From Squalus acanthias (Eukaryota), in contig JASTWF010000158.1 of NCBI GenBank assembly GCA_030390025.1, positions 558,001-622,000 of the forward strand: a stretch of 64,000 bases of DNA, read 5' to 3'. A program made the position numbers and the translations under genes. Of the stretch, positions 35,033-47,469 are shown one piece after another (position 1 is the first letter of the stretch; every line of letters begins with the position of its first letter). The notes below the pieces were generated by a model. The model was not told the origin of the DNA and did no database searches. It saw nothing but the letters and a program-made list of their open reading frames with translations.

Positions 35033-36835
35033 GTACTTTTCACTATGGATGTACAATCTCTCTACACCGCCATCCCCCACCAGGATGGCCTGAGGGCGCT
35101 CCGCTTCTTCCTTGAACAGCGGCCCAACCAGTCCCCATCCACCACCACCCTCCTCCACCTGGCTGAACTTGTTCTCACATTGAACAACTTCTCCTTTGGC
35201 TCCACTCACTTCCTCCAAATCAAAGGTGTTGCTATGGGAACCCGCATGGGTCCTAGCTATGCCTGCCTTTTCGTGGGATATGTGGAACATTCTTTGTTCC
35301 AGTCCTACTCAGGTCCCCTCCCTCACCTCTTTTTCCGGTACATTGATGACTGTATCGGTGCCGTTTCCTGCTCTCGCCCTGAACTAGAAAATTTCATTCA
35401 CTTTGCTCCCAATTTCCACCCTTCCCTCACCTTCACATGGTCCATCTCCGACTCTTCCCTTCCCTTCCTCGACTTCTCCGTCTCCATCGCTGGGGATAGG
35501 TTATTGACAAACATTCACTACAAGCCCACTGACTCCCACATCTACCTGGACTACACTTCCTCCCACCCGCTTCCTGTAAGGACTCTATTCCATTCTCCCA
35601 GTTTCTCTGTCTCCGCCGCATCTGCTCTGACGATGCCACCTTCCATACCAGTGCTTCCAACATGTCTTCCTTTTTCCTCAACCGAGGATTCCCCTCTACT
35701 GTGGTTGACACGGCCCTTGACCATGTCCGTTCTATCTCCCGCACTTCTGCCCTTACCCCTGCCCCTCCCTCCCGGAACCACGATAGGGTTCCCCTTGTCC
35801 TCACCTTTCACCCCACCAGCCTCCACATTCAATGGATCATCCTCCGCCATTTCCGCCACCTCCAGCGTGATCCCACCACCAAACACATCTTCCCCTCACC
35901 TCCCCTTTCAGCATTCTGAAGGGACCGCTCTCTCCGCGACACCCTGGTCCACTCCTCTATCACCCCCAACACCCCTTCCCCTTCGCCCGGCACCTTCCCG
36001 TGCAAGCGCAGGAGATGCAACACATGCCCTTATACCTCCCCCCTTCCCACTGTCCAGGGCCCCAAACACCCCTTCCAGGTGAAACAGCAATTTACTTGTA
36101 CTTCTTGCAATTTAGTATACTGTATTCGCTGCTCACGATGCGGTCTCCTCTACATTGGGGAGATCAAACGCAGATTGGGTGACCGCTTTGCGGAACACCT
36201 CCGTTCAATCCGTAAGGGGGACCCCACCTGTCACTTTAATTCTCCGCTCCACTCCGACTCAGACCTCACCGTCCTTGGCCTCTTACATTGTTCCACTGAA
36301 GCTCAATGTAAGCTCGAGGAACAGCACCTCATCTTTCGATTAGGCACTTTACAGCCTTCTGGACTCAACATAGAGTTCAACAATTTCAGATCATAACCTC
36401 GGCCCCTATCATATATATTTTTTATCCACACTTTTTGTTTGTGCCTTCTGTTCTTCTCTCCCACATGGCAGCTGTCTTTCATTCTGCCAGCGCAATTTAC
36501 ACTTCATCTAGAGCCATCCTTTGTTTCTTAACCTGTCCCATTATGATCTCCTTTAGCCTTGAATATCTCTTAATGTCTCTTAACCTCTCCTGCCTTCTAT
36601 CCTATCACAGACCTTCCCTTTTGTTCTTTCATCCCCTCCCCCCCCCCCTTTCCCAGCTCCTACACTTGCTTAAAAATCTGTTCCATTTCCTGCTTTTTTC
36701 CAGTTCTGATGAAAGGTCATCGACCTGAAACGTTAACTCTGTTTCTCTCTTCACAGATGCTGCCTGACCTGCTGAGTGTCTCCAGCATTTTCTGTTTTTA
36801 TTTCAGATTTCCAGCATCTGCAGTATTTTCTTTTT
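35033..36835 (+). mobile_element. Penelope-like retroelement, 5'-truncated: RT, GIY-YIG endonuclease and tail with hammerhead (36702-36738)
   Basis: FTMDVQSLYT, GVAMGTRMGPSYA, FRYIDD, LPFLD; NLVYCIRCSRCGLLYIGE…RFAEH; 13-bp TSD GTACCCTCAATGT (35020-32 and 36836-48); frameshifts. Confidence 0.95.
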
Positions 36836-37524
36836 GTACCCTCAATGTACCAGTTTGAAATAGATTGTGAGCTGTCACATTCCACAAACTGGCTAGCCTG
36901 GCTTTGATACACATCTTCAATGGCAGCAGTCTGTGCCCGCCCCCTTTTTAAAATGTGCAAATTCAATTTGTTTTAAAACGTAACACTTAAACATAACTCA
37001 ATCCCAAAATCCATTCTGTGATGAAACAAAAGATCAAAAATCCTGAAATTTGACACTCATTGGACGTAATTGTAACATTTGGTGATAGTGTAAAGCGAGC
37101 GATATTTGATCGGCCGCCCGTTATACACCACTCACGATTTTTCTTTTCAAATGAAAAGTTAAAATTACCCCCATTGATACCAGTCTGCCCTGTACACATA
37201 GGTCTAAATAATATGGGAATCAAGTGTTATAAATAAATTATATGAATTCTCATGATATGATTTTAGATTCAAATTGTAACTTCATAGTTCAGACGACAGA
37301 AATGTCCCAGTACTAATGTTCATCATTTTCAATTTTTTATGCCTTTCTATAATAAACTTCTCAGATTTTGAAATTACTCCTGATCGTTTTTTTTTAATTG
37401 CCTTTTCATCTGAAAATTGATAAGCTGTATGAATTCCTGAAATGTCATAATTTTTGTGTGTCTCAAGACATTTGGCTCTGAGTGTCATATTTCGGGTGCA
37501 CACAATATTGCTCTTTTAGGTATT

Positions 37525-38267
37525 GGCCCAAAAATTCGGCCGTTCCCGGGTGAGTACTCAGTGTGTACTCACCCGTATTCATTCCCGAAGTGCTAGTTTC
37601 CTGCATGCACTGCGCATGCGCGGGAAACCAGCACTTCCGGTCTGGTGAAGGGGGCGGTTCCTAGGTGAACCGCGTGCGCGCTAGAGGCTGTGCGCACGCA
37701 GCACACTTAGGTTTTTTTTCAGGTTTCTACGCGAGGGTAAGTATTGAAGATTCTATGCTAATAAAAAGGAGGCGTAAGACCCCTTTTGAACAAGGTAAGT
37801 GGTTAATTAAGTATAATTTTAAATTTTTTTCAACAGGTTTATCTTTTTTACATACTTTAAAGAAAGGTAAGTTTATTTTTATAACTTTTAAAAAGTATTT
37901 TAATTTTTTCAAAAATTTAAATTTTTGTTTAAAGTGGTTAATTTATTTAACTATAGTTATTTTATAAATGTGATGGTTTTTAAAAAAAAATATTTTAAGT
38001 TTAGCTGTTCTTTTGGGGCCGATTTCAATTCACAGATTTGACAGGTCTCCTGTCAAATCTATGAATGAAAGATGGTCTGCTGCCATTGGCTCTCCATGGC
38101 CCACGTAATCCCAGGGGTCGCATCGCACTAACTGCGCCCCTGGAACACGCAAGCACTGCGCGCCGGCTCTTGGGAGAGGCCCAGGACCCGAAGTTCCTGT
38201 GGGCCGAAAACACAATGGCAGGCGCGGTGGGTAAGAGCGCCAAGCCGGCCACGCGAATTTCTAGGCC
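37525..38267. mobile_element. Harbinger-type MITE, copy 2 (inverted relative to copy 1, about 190 bp longer)
   Basis: Same TIRs; ATT TSD; about 500 bp nearly identical to 33948-34502 in reverse complement. Confidence 0.9.
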
Positions 38268-38299
38268 ATTGTGTATAACTCTGGTGCACAGCACACAAT

Positions 38300-39300
38300 G
38301 CTCAAGGTTTATCCTGTGTGTAACTCTTAAAGGACGCTGGGCACTTTTAAAGTTGTCCTGCTCCTGAGGAGTGGGAGAATTGCTCCAACAATCGCACGCT
38401 TCAGAATGGCACCATTTAATGAACGAGCTTTGGAGGAGCAGTTGGAAGAGAGGCTGAGACAAAGGGTGGTGCATTGAAGACCAGCTCTAGAGAAGTCTGC
38501 ACCAAGCCTGCGAGCAGGTGAGGGAGAAATTTACTGGCCTTGAGAAGGTTGACAAAGTAAATTCTGCTAAATTTTATAATGATGCCTCACCACGCATCTT
38601 GACAGCACTTAAATTTATTATTGGTGCAGCATCACAGAAGGAGAATACACAGCACCGTACAACTTTTCATGGACTTTCAAAATGTACAAGGCATGTGCAT
38701 TTTTACACTGTGTATTGCTGTCATAGTAATATAATTGTGGCCTAATACAAGTGGCGACCAACAACCATCAAGTTTCCTACATTACAACAGTGACTACACT
38801 TCAAAAGTACTTCATTGGCTGTAAAACGCTTTGGGACGTCCTGAGGTCGTGAAAGGCGCTATAGAAATCCAAGTCTTTCGCTTTTTTTTTCATGCTGCCA
38901 ACACATGCTGCCTAAATGCTGCATCTTCACAGGCTCACATGAGCTGGATCTTCAGCCATAGCCTTCTCCTTTATCACAGACCACACAGATGCTTTCAGCA
39001 ATGGGATGTAACACGCCCCGATGACCAGCTTACATTCCACCTGTTGTGAAAGGATGAGTACAGAGAACGCAAGGACTTTGAGAAGTCATGTTACTTGATA
39101 ACAAAACATACAACAGTTATGTGAAGAAGAGGTAGCCCTTTGCCTTTGGCCACTACCAAGCTGAAGCTGCAGCTTTACAGACATGGTCATTAGGGGGTAT
39201 CAGATGTGAAGTTTGGGGGTCCAGTGTTTGCCAGTTTGCATTCCTGAAGTACCACGAAGCTGTGAGCTAATTCAGGCACTCTTTTCTTTTAGTCAACCAT
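38300..39300. mobile_element. Very old Harbinger relic (Myb on +, transposase on -) with a SINE tail at 38770-38880
   Basis: APFNERALE…QVREKF followed by a GTAA donor; minus strand GKGYL resembles DKGYP. Confidence 0.35.
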
Positions 39301-39449
39301 ATTGTGCCCCTTTTCCTCAGTCCAGAGAACTTTTTATTTATTCCCGTGATGTACGGATGTGGGAGACTGCACTTATACAGCTGACCACTTCCTTCCATGC
39401 TCGCTGCAGATTGCCTCAAGTAGGAGAGTTCCCCTCAGCCCCCAAAATT

Positions 39450-40570
39450 TCTACTTACCTCTGTTGCGCCCCTAAAACTCTCTGCTCCTCCACAGGTCCG
39501 AGCTTCTCACTATTTAGAAAATACTCTGATCTATCTTTCTTGGGTCCAAAGTAGATGACCTCACACTTCCTTACATTGAACTCCATCTGCCACAGTTTTG
39601 TCCAGTCACTTAATCTGTCAATGTTCCTTTTACAACCTTCTGCTCCCATCTACACTACTCACTGTGCCACTAACTTAATGTCCTCAGCAAACTTATTTAT
39701 AAACATAGTGAAAAGCTGAGGCCCCAGTACAGATCCCTAGGGGACACCACTAGTCACATTCAATGTTTCCTTTAAGCTGCGCGATCGCGTGTCCGCGCAG
39801 CGCTCTGGAAGACACGCACAGCCGATGAGCCGGCTTTTAAATAGAAAAAACGCACGTGTGGAATTCTGAATAGCCTGCGCAGCCCGTTAAAAGGGACCAT
39901 TAGTCACATCCTACTTATTGAGTACATACCCATTATCCCAACTCTCCGACTCCTACTTCCTAACCAATTCCCTACCCATCTCAAAAGGTTGCCTCCAATT
40001 CCATCCGCTTCCATTTTTGTTAACAGTCTCTTGTGTGGAACCTTAGCGAATGCCTTCTGGAAGTCCATATAAATAACACCCATAGACACTCCCTTATCTA
40101 CCACAATAGTGACCTCTTCAAAAAATTCAACTAGGTTAGTTAGACGTGGCTCACCCTTTACAAATCCATGGTGGCTCTTTCAGATCAGTTCATATTTGTC
40201 CAGGAGCTCAGTCACTCTGTCCCTAATCACAGATTCTAGTAACTTCCCCACAACAAACATTAGATTAATGGATCTATAATTTCCTGGTTTCTCTCTCCCA
40301 CCCTTCTTAAACATTGGCAATTTTCTAATCCAAGGGGACAATTCCAGAATCAATTAAGTTTTGGAAGATCATGACTAAAGCAGCTACAATTTTCTCACCT
40401 ACTTCTTTTAATACCCTGGGGTGGAAACTATTAGGTCCTGGTGATTTGTCGATGTTCAGTCTCATTATTTCCTCCATTGCCATTTTTTAAAAAACTTATA
40501 TTAAATCTAGTAAATTCCTCCTCTTGATTTATTTTTAGTTTTCCTCGTATCTCTGGTACGTTATCCTCTT
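39450..40570 (-). mobile_element. Decayed CR1 RT fragment
   Basis: YMDFQKAFAKVPH; WQMEFNVRKCEV. Confidence 0.85.
39761..39902. mobile_element. Short hAT-type MITE inserted in CR1
   Basis: Starts CAATGTTTCCTTTAA; 8-bp TSD GTCACAT(T/C); related copy at 47470-47782. Confidence 0.75.
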
Positions 40571-40797
40571 CCGCGGTCCTATCATTATATCACTTCAAAA
40601 AGACCCTAAATACATAACTTTTGAATTAAAAAACATTTGTGAACTTTTAGCGATGTTGAAGTTAAAATACTTTGCAATTGGTTATGACAGCAAGTTGGGT
40701 GACTTTTATTTGGGCGAGCTGTGAAACTAGCCTTTCATCCTGCTGTGTGTGAAGTGACGGCAAAGCAAAGATAAATAATCTCATTTTTATACACATA

Positions 40798-41562
40798 GGG
40801 CTGGATTTTCAATGACCCGTGGAGTCGGGTTTGGAGGCGTGTGAGGGGTTAAAGTTGCAGATTCGGGGGTCCCGACCCCATCCCGACTCCATTCCGCCTC
40901 CACGCAATTTTGACAAAATCAGTCGCGGGGTTCCCGACTCCGTCCTGCCTCCAAGAGGCGGGAAAGCCATTAAAGCCCTTAACAAGCCCTAAATTGGCTC
41001 TGTAATGCCATTTTGAAACGTTTTAGCTAGTTTAACCCTTTTCCGACATGAAGTACGCCTGATGTGAAACACGCCAGTGAAACCTGGCGGGAGCACAAGT
41101 GGATAGCTGACTATCAGCTGCAGGTCCACTATTACAACAGAGATGTGATGAAGGTAGTAGTAGTATTGTGATGAAGGTAGTAGTAGTATTAGGTCTGAAA
41201 GTCGCCTCTGATGCTACTGCATTGAATGTCTTCAGAGACTGCCTGGGAGGACTTGGTTGCAAAAACACTCTCTCTCTCTCTCTCTCTGATGCTGCTGCTC
41301 ATTTTGCATCCAGGTCCACTCACAGCAAAGGCCAGGCAATCTCTGAGACCAGGCAGTCAGTCTCTGACCTGCAATGATGACATCATCAGAGGCGACTTTC
41401 AGACTGAAACCACTAATTGGGTCATGGGTTCCCACATGCTGCAACTCAATTGCCCAATTAAGTGAAAATTGCATCATCCATCCACATTAATCTGGAGTCG
41501 GGGGGGCAACACGAAATGCGGGTAACACGACCCCAACCCGACCCCAAGACAAAATCCAGCCC
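40798..41562. mobile_element. Harbinger-type MITE
   Basis: Perfect 12-bp TIR GGGCTGGATTTT; ATA TSD. Confidence 0.85.
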
Positions 41563-42908
41563 ATAGATTATGAAGAGAATGCAAAAACGTTCTGCCTGTT
41601 CTCTTTGTAACCCACTGAACGAGAGTTTTATTAGTAGTGGTGAGTGATTAATTTGACGTTGTGCTGTAGAAAGATTTGACACTTGGGACAACACTGGGAC
41701 CATTTGATATATCACAGAAGCAGAGGGCATTTCCACGTTAAGTTGTAACCACCCTGATTTTTTACACCCCAGCGTAGTCTAAATAGATGCCCAGGAAATT
41801 TCTGCATAAATTGACAGTGCCAAAATTGGAGTATGGATTTGGACAGAACTTCCCGATTCTGCTGCTCAAGGAAATTCTGACCCATGCTTGTACAGGCTGA
41901 CTCTAGTTAGCAGGTGTCTCAGAATTTCGGTAGAGTTTTGCTCCAGTCTAATCCACATTTGTTCCCCGAATAGGCTTTTCCTGCCCGTTGAAGCTCAGAC
42001 TTGTGAACTGTGTTACCCTGGCGACAGCTGTGACTTACAGTGCTTGAAAAATTCACTTCACTTACTCCATCCATCTTTTCTCAGTTATTTTTCCACAAAT
42101 GTTTGTTTTTATTGACGTAAAAAAATACAACTTTAACGTGTTTGTATAAAAAAATAAGTATGAACCTCATAATATTAATTATATATTTTGTCGGATGGTG
42201 GAATGTTTTTTTTTCTTTTGTTTCAGACTCTGCGGATGGTTTCTTGTTGACTTCACTAGTACCAAATTCTCTAATGATCTTTATCATCTTGTTTTATGTT
42301 ATATTCACGTCATGATTGCAACTCAAATCATGGATTTTTGTTTCAAAGCAAATCTGTGCAAATCTGTAGCAATAAAATGTAATGACAGCTGCTTGGAAGT
42401 CATGAGAATAAACTGAACTGAGATTCTTCCTCAAAAGGCTGCTAGAACTTAAAAGAAAGTCAATATCCATTCACATATGTAATATGGCTGATTATTAGCT
42501 TCCTTTTCCCTCCTCTTCTTAATATATACCTTTCTTTAAAAAGGACTGCTCAAGTTTATTGGTTTTAGCAGTTTCATGCCAGTCATGACATCAAATTACG
42601 TAATTTTTTTGGAAATGATTTTTAAAAATGAATTTTCAGGTTCAAACCAATACAAACATAAGCAGCTTTCGGAGAACGATCCTTAACCCAGCGCTGTGAG
42701 GAACAATCCTCACCGACAAAAGATTGCGACGGGTAATACACTTATATTCGTGGGCGGTTAGCATTCGACTGTTGCTGGCAGAGCATTTGACACATAGTGA
42801 ATGCAAACACGTCGAGGAGTGTATTGAAATCTGAATGTTTAATCAAAAAATTCTGAATATTTCATTAAAAACGGTTTACTCAGCACAACCTTATTCCTAA
42901 ACTTTGTA

Positions 42909-43337
42909 AGAGGAGATTTACCTGGGTCTGTGCCTGGGCGCAGTGAATATTGGAAAATTGGCCAATTTGAAGTGCACACCTGTAAAAGAACCCGCCCGCC
43001 CATTAATTTAAACGGTGGAATTTTTATTGGGTTCCTTTTACAGGTCAGTATTCTAACTCTCCTGATTTTCTGATCTTCACTGCAGCCAGGAGATCGAGTG
43101 TGCCTGGGCGCAAACCCTTAAAATATCCGCTAAATCTCGGGTCCGGGGCGCTACCGGGGCGATGCGCACTGCGATGACGTCACGATCTCCGGGCGAAGGA
43201 GATCGGGGCGCAATGCTGTAGCGCCGCCGTGGCGGGAGTCGATGTCAGCGCCACGCCCGGTCGCAAAGCCATTTGCGCCCCGTTAGCCCCCCCAGGGGGT
43301 GATAATGAGAGGTGCAAAGGCACCAAATTTCTCCTCC
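42909..43337. mobile_element. Decayed palindromic MITE (42909-43131) followed by an inverted Harbinger left-end fragment (43135-43337)
   Basis: Imperfect arms CCTGTAAAAGAACCC / GGGTTCCTTTTACAGG; the second part is the reverse complement of the 7227-7450 type end. Confidence 0.55.
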
Positions 43338-43339
43338 AA

Positions 43340-44860
43340 AGTGTTCAATTTTAAATAAGTTATCTGAAATAATTGTCTCCATACCATTTGTTATCTTATA
43401 TGCCTCTAGAAGGTCACCTCTCAGAAGCCTCCTTTCCAGGTTGAAAAGCCCAAGTCTCTCCAGTCTTTCCTCATATCTCAGACCCCTGATACTAGGGATC
43501 ACCCTCGTAGCCCTCCCTCCAGCACCTGAATGTCTCCCTTCTTTCTCGGCAACCAGAGCTGGACACAGTACACCAAGATATGTTCTCACAAGAGCACTGT
43601 ACAGTTTGATCACAACTTCCTCTGACTTATATTCAATTGTTTTGGCTATGTAGTTCAACATTCCTGTTGGTTTTGTTGATGGCTGCTCTGCAATTGCTGG
43701 AGATGTTGAGCGTTGATTCTACTAAGTCTCTTTCCACTTCATCCACAGCTATTTCAACACCATTCATGAAGTATGCATGTTGCCCATTTTTCCTTCCTAT
43801 GTGCAATACTTTGTACATCTGCATTCAATTTTGTCTGCCATTGTCTGGCCCACTCACCTATATTGTTTAGTTTATTCTGTAGTTCCTGGGCTGCCTCCTT
43901 CAATTCCAGTGCCCACCTAATTTGGTATCATCTACAAATTTCACTGGTCTGCATTGAGTTTCGGAATCCATCATTGATATAAATTAAAAACAGTAGTGGC
44001 CCCAACACTGAGCCCTGGGACACCCCACTCAGTACTTCTCCCCATCCTTCTAACTAGTACCCACTGTTCTCTACCTTCCATCCATTTTCCTATTCATACC
44101 CACATTTTCCCTAAATTTCCCCATAGCTTTGAACTTAATTAATAATTGTTCATGTGGAATGTTCTCAAATGCCTTTTGGAAGTCTCACTGCACAACATTG
44201 TAGGGTTTACTACAGTTAACTTGGGTTGTCACTTCCTCACAGAAATCATATTGGGTTGGGCCAGTCGGTAAGTGGGGTGGACAGATGGAAAATCTGCCAG
44301 GGACCATGTGGCCTGATCCCGCAACCCCCCCCCAATTTCCATTTGCACCAGTAGATGGAGAAAGAGCGACCAACAGCATGACAGAGGTGGGGGTGGGGGA
44401 GGGAAATCCTGGTCGGAGCGGTGAGGCAGCAGTGGTCCTCACCACCTGTATTTTCCGCCATGATTTTGTCTGATTTCGAGGGGGATCGTGGATCAGAATC
44501 CCCTCCATGGTGTGAGACATCTGGTGTGTGACAGACGCACACTAGTTACAATGTAACCATATAGATGTTTATAAGATGGTTAAAGGAATGGAAACAGTAA
44601 ACCCAGAATATTACTTTAAGTTACATAGCAAGAGTAGGACAAGGGGACATAGAATCAAAACAGTAAAAGTAATGTCAAGGAATTCTTCTTTACACCGTGT
44701 GATCAATGTATGGAGCAGCTTTCCAGGAAGTGATGGAGGTGAAAAACCTGGATCCTTTTAATAAACAATTGGATGCTGAAATGGAGGCACTTTAGGATGA
44801 ATGGAGAGACTAAAATGAGCCGAACGGCCTTCCTCAACCGTAATTATTTTGTAATCTTTG
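43340..44860. mobile_element. Decayed CR1 fragments (43340-44245 minus; 44560-44860 plus)
   Basis: YEERLERLGLFNLERRLLRGDL; SRTRGH. Confidence 0.75.
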
Positions 44861-45769
44861 TACTTTAAGTAGTTACAGAGAGGTAAATGCATTTGCTGTT
44901 TGCATAATGAATAAATAGTGTGCATCAAGTACAATTCATTGCATAACGCTGACTATTGATTGTGACCAATTAATAAGGTGCAGCAAATGTCAATAATTGC
45001 CCATCATGAATATGGATGATGGTTAAAGGTGTTCAGAAAAAATCGTGATTCATCAAAACAAATACTGGAACCTTAATGACAATGAAAGACAGTATATTTC
45101 ATATTTGTGTTTTTTAGCAAGTCCATTTACATTCTCCAGCAGTAAGGTTGGGGTTCAGTCTGCGCTTCTTTTGACAAGAGGATTAACCAGCTTTCATTGT
45201 TCAAACTGTGCAAGCTGAGAAATTATTTTTTCACAATTGACAATTTGGTAGTAGGTTATGAGGCTCAATGACCCATCTTCTCTGTCACTGGTACTATGTG
45301 AACAGCACCTATTAGCTTAGTGAGCAACTGTTACCTATGATTGTTGGATAAATAGGTTCCTCTCATATGCTGTTTCATGGTCTGGGGGAGTGTGAGTTCA
45401 TAGGCACAATTCCCCATGTTGTGATTTCCTGATCCGAGAATGTCAGAGTAAGGCTTTAAGTAGGGGTATAGTTCTTCTTTGCAAAATGGAAGGGAAAATC
45501 AAAAGGCTAGTTACTGGCCGCTCGTACAACCCATCATGTGGCTGATCACAGAGTGTCATTAGCAGATGCTTGGAAGTAGGAAGTCTTTAAAGGGGGGGGG
45601 GGGTCAGGCAAGGGCAAGAGAAAACAATCTACAAAATAAAGGGAATTAAAAAAATAAATCAGTAATAAAATCAGGAATATATTCCAATGTCCTCTTTTTA
45701 ATACTCTATAGTATAGCTATGTCCTCCAAAATAAATTGCAGTCTGGCCTAGTTTTCTCACATCACGCAT

Positions 45770-47290
45770 CACATGAAACCTGTACCTGACACAATTGTAC
45801 TGCAACTAATGCTGATCTTTCACTTTCTGACATCAGCAGTTGTATTCTGTCAAAACTTTTCACTTTGGGTTGATGTAGTACAATCAGTTCAATGAATGGA
45901 CTGAGTATGTTCCTGCAAAGTCTCTAGCTGACCTGATCTTTCCCCCGTGTACTCAATGACAAGTTATCCAAAGCATCAATTTCTGTTGTTAGTCGTTCCA
46001 TGGAATACTTGCAGCCCCTTTTTGGTTATGGATTTCGAACAAATCAGTCATGAGCTTTGTTGCTGTAACTGCTTTGTGTAATAAGATATTAAGAGTGCAT
46101 TAAAATATGTTACCCGATCACGGAAAAGATGTGGAGGGCACTGCCTGAATATAGGTGAGAACGCTGCTGCTAATATCTGATGCCAGCGGGTGAGGTTCCC
46201 CAATGTCAGTGCACACTCAAGTATATTGTAGTTTTGATTTATCATGATTGACAAATGAGTTAGACAATCATATAGAATCTTTGTTTAGAAGGCAGTTAAG
46301 GGGGAAACCTCATCCAGGTATTGTGATAAACCCAGAATATTAATTCAAATTAAACTAGGAATGTAAAACCAAATGACATGAATTTAAGTTAGTGAAAATA
46401 AATTTCTAACCTATTAGGAAGAACTTCTTCACTCAGAGAGTGATCAATGTTTGAAATAATCTGGCAGGCAGGGGAGTTATTTTCAACATTGGTGGGGCTG
46501 AAAACTGGCTCGGCCACCCGTTATACATCCTCACCCCCCCCCACATATTGTGGGTGCGGAACATTATTCCCGAAATTGGCCCTCTGCGTGGGCATCACAG
46601 TCCTATTCCTATCCATGGATTCCCAGCTGTGAGCCAATACAGACATAGTCTTTATATTCTTTTGATAAATACAAAGTTAGATTTTGTCCTAAACCTCCTA
46701 TATAGGTCTGAGAACCTGGGGGGGGGGGGGAGCTGCTTTTTTCCCCCTGAGAGAGGAACTCACCCCTCCATCTTAGAGAACTTCCAACAGCACTGGTGCC
46801 TTGATTGGCAGTTGAATCAATAGGGTTAAAACCAGGCTGGACCAGATTGATCTGACATCGCAGGTGTGACCATTTGAACAAATGGGTTAGCTTCTCAAAG
46901 GTCAAAGAAACAGAGGAAGAATTTGTAACCAGATTTATCAGTGGGGGCCTCCTCAGCCAATGCCTTAGTCTTGTACTTCTGCAATGAATGCTGGTGATAG
47001 TGAGCTATTGTCAGGGCCAAAGCTTCAGTCAGTATGGGCTTGTTACTGGAGTTGATTAACATGTCACCGAGGTCAAGACAACTGTTTCTGGCACTGTTGA
47101 AAGCTATCCTAGTGGTGTCAACAGTCACTTAGGCACATCAATGTCTAGGATACCCTGGTTACTTTGCCGTTATTGCTGTCAGCTGATGAAGCTCTGTGAC
47201 TGAATCCAAAGTTGAACCCAGTTGGTGGAGGTTTTGTGGGACCCATATACCTTCACCCAGTCCAGCCCATGTGAATATATTTCAGCCATT
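45770..47290 (-). pseudogene. Decayed mononegavirus/filovirus-like nucleoprotein (candidate EVE), split by CR1/other insert at about 46270-46820
   Basis: RIAFNSARNSCLDLGD…ALALTIAHYHQ…KSGYKF resembles the NP N-terminal lobe; LHKAVTATKLMTDLFEIHNQKG ~ [31 protein letters not shown] ~ KVKNEVNSF; LSPFIELIVL ~ YAPFARLLNL. Confidence 0.5.
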
Positions 47291-47469
47291 TTGAAGATGA
47301 TTCTTTCAAACACTGCCTATTTAAGCTCTCTGACCTGGGGTATTTTAGTTACTTTACCAAGGAGCTCAGTTTAGATCAGTTATATTTTGCCACAAAATGG
47401 AAGGTGTCATGGGTGCCTGTTGGTAGAAAAAAAAACAATGGTACCCTTTGCAGATTTGAAGCGAGAAGC

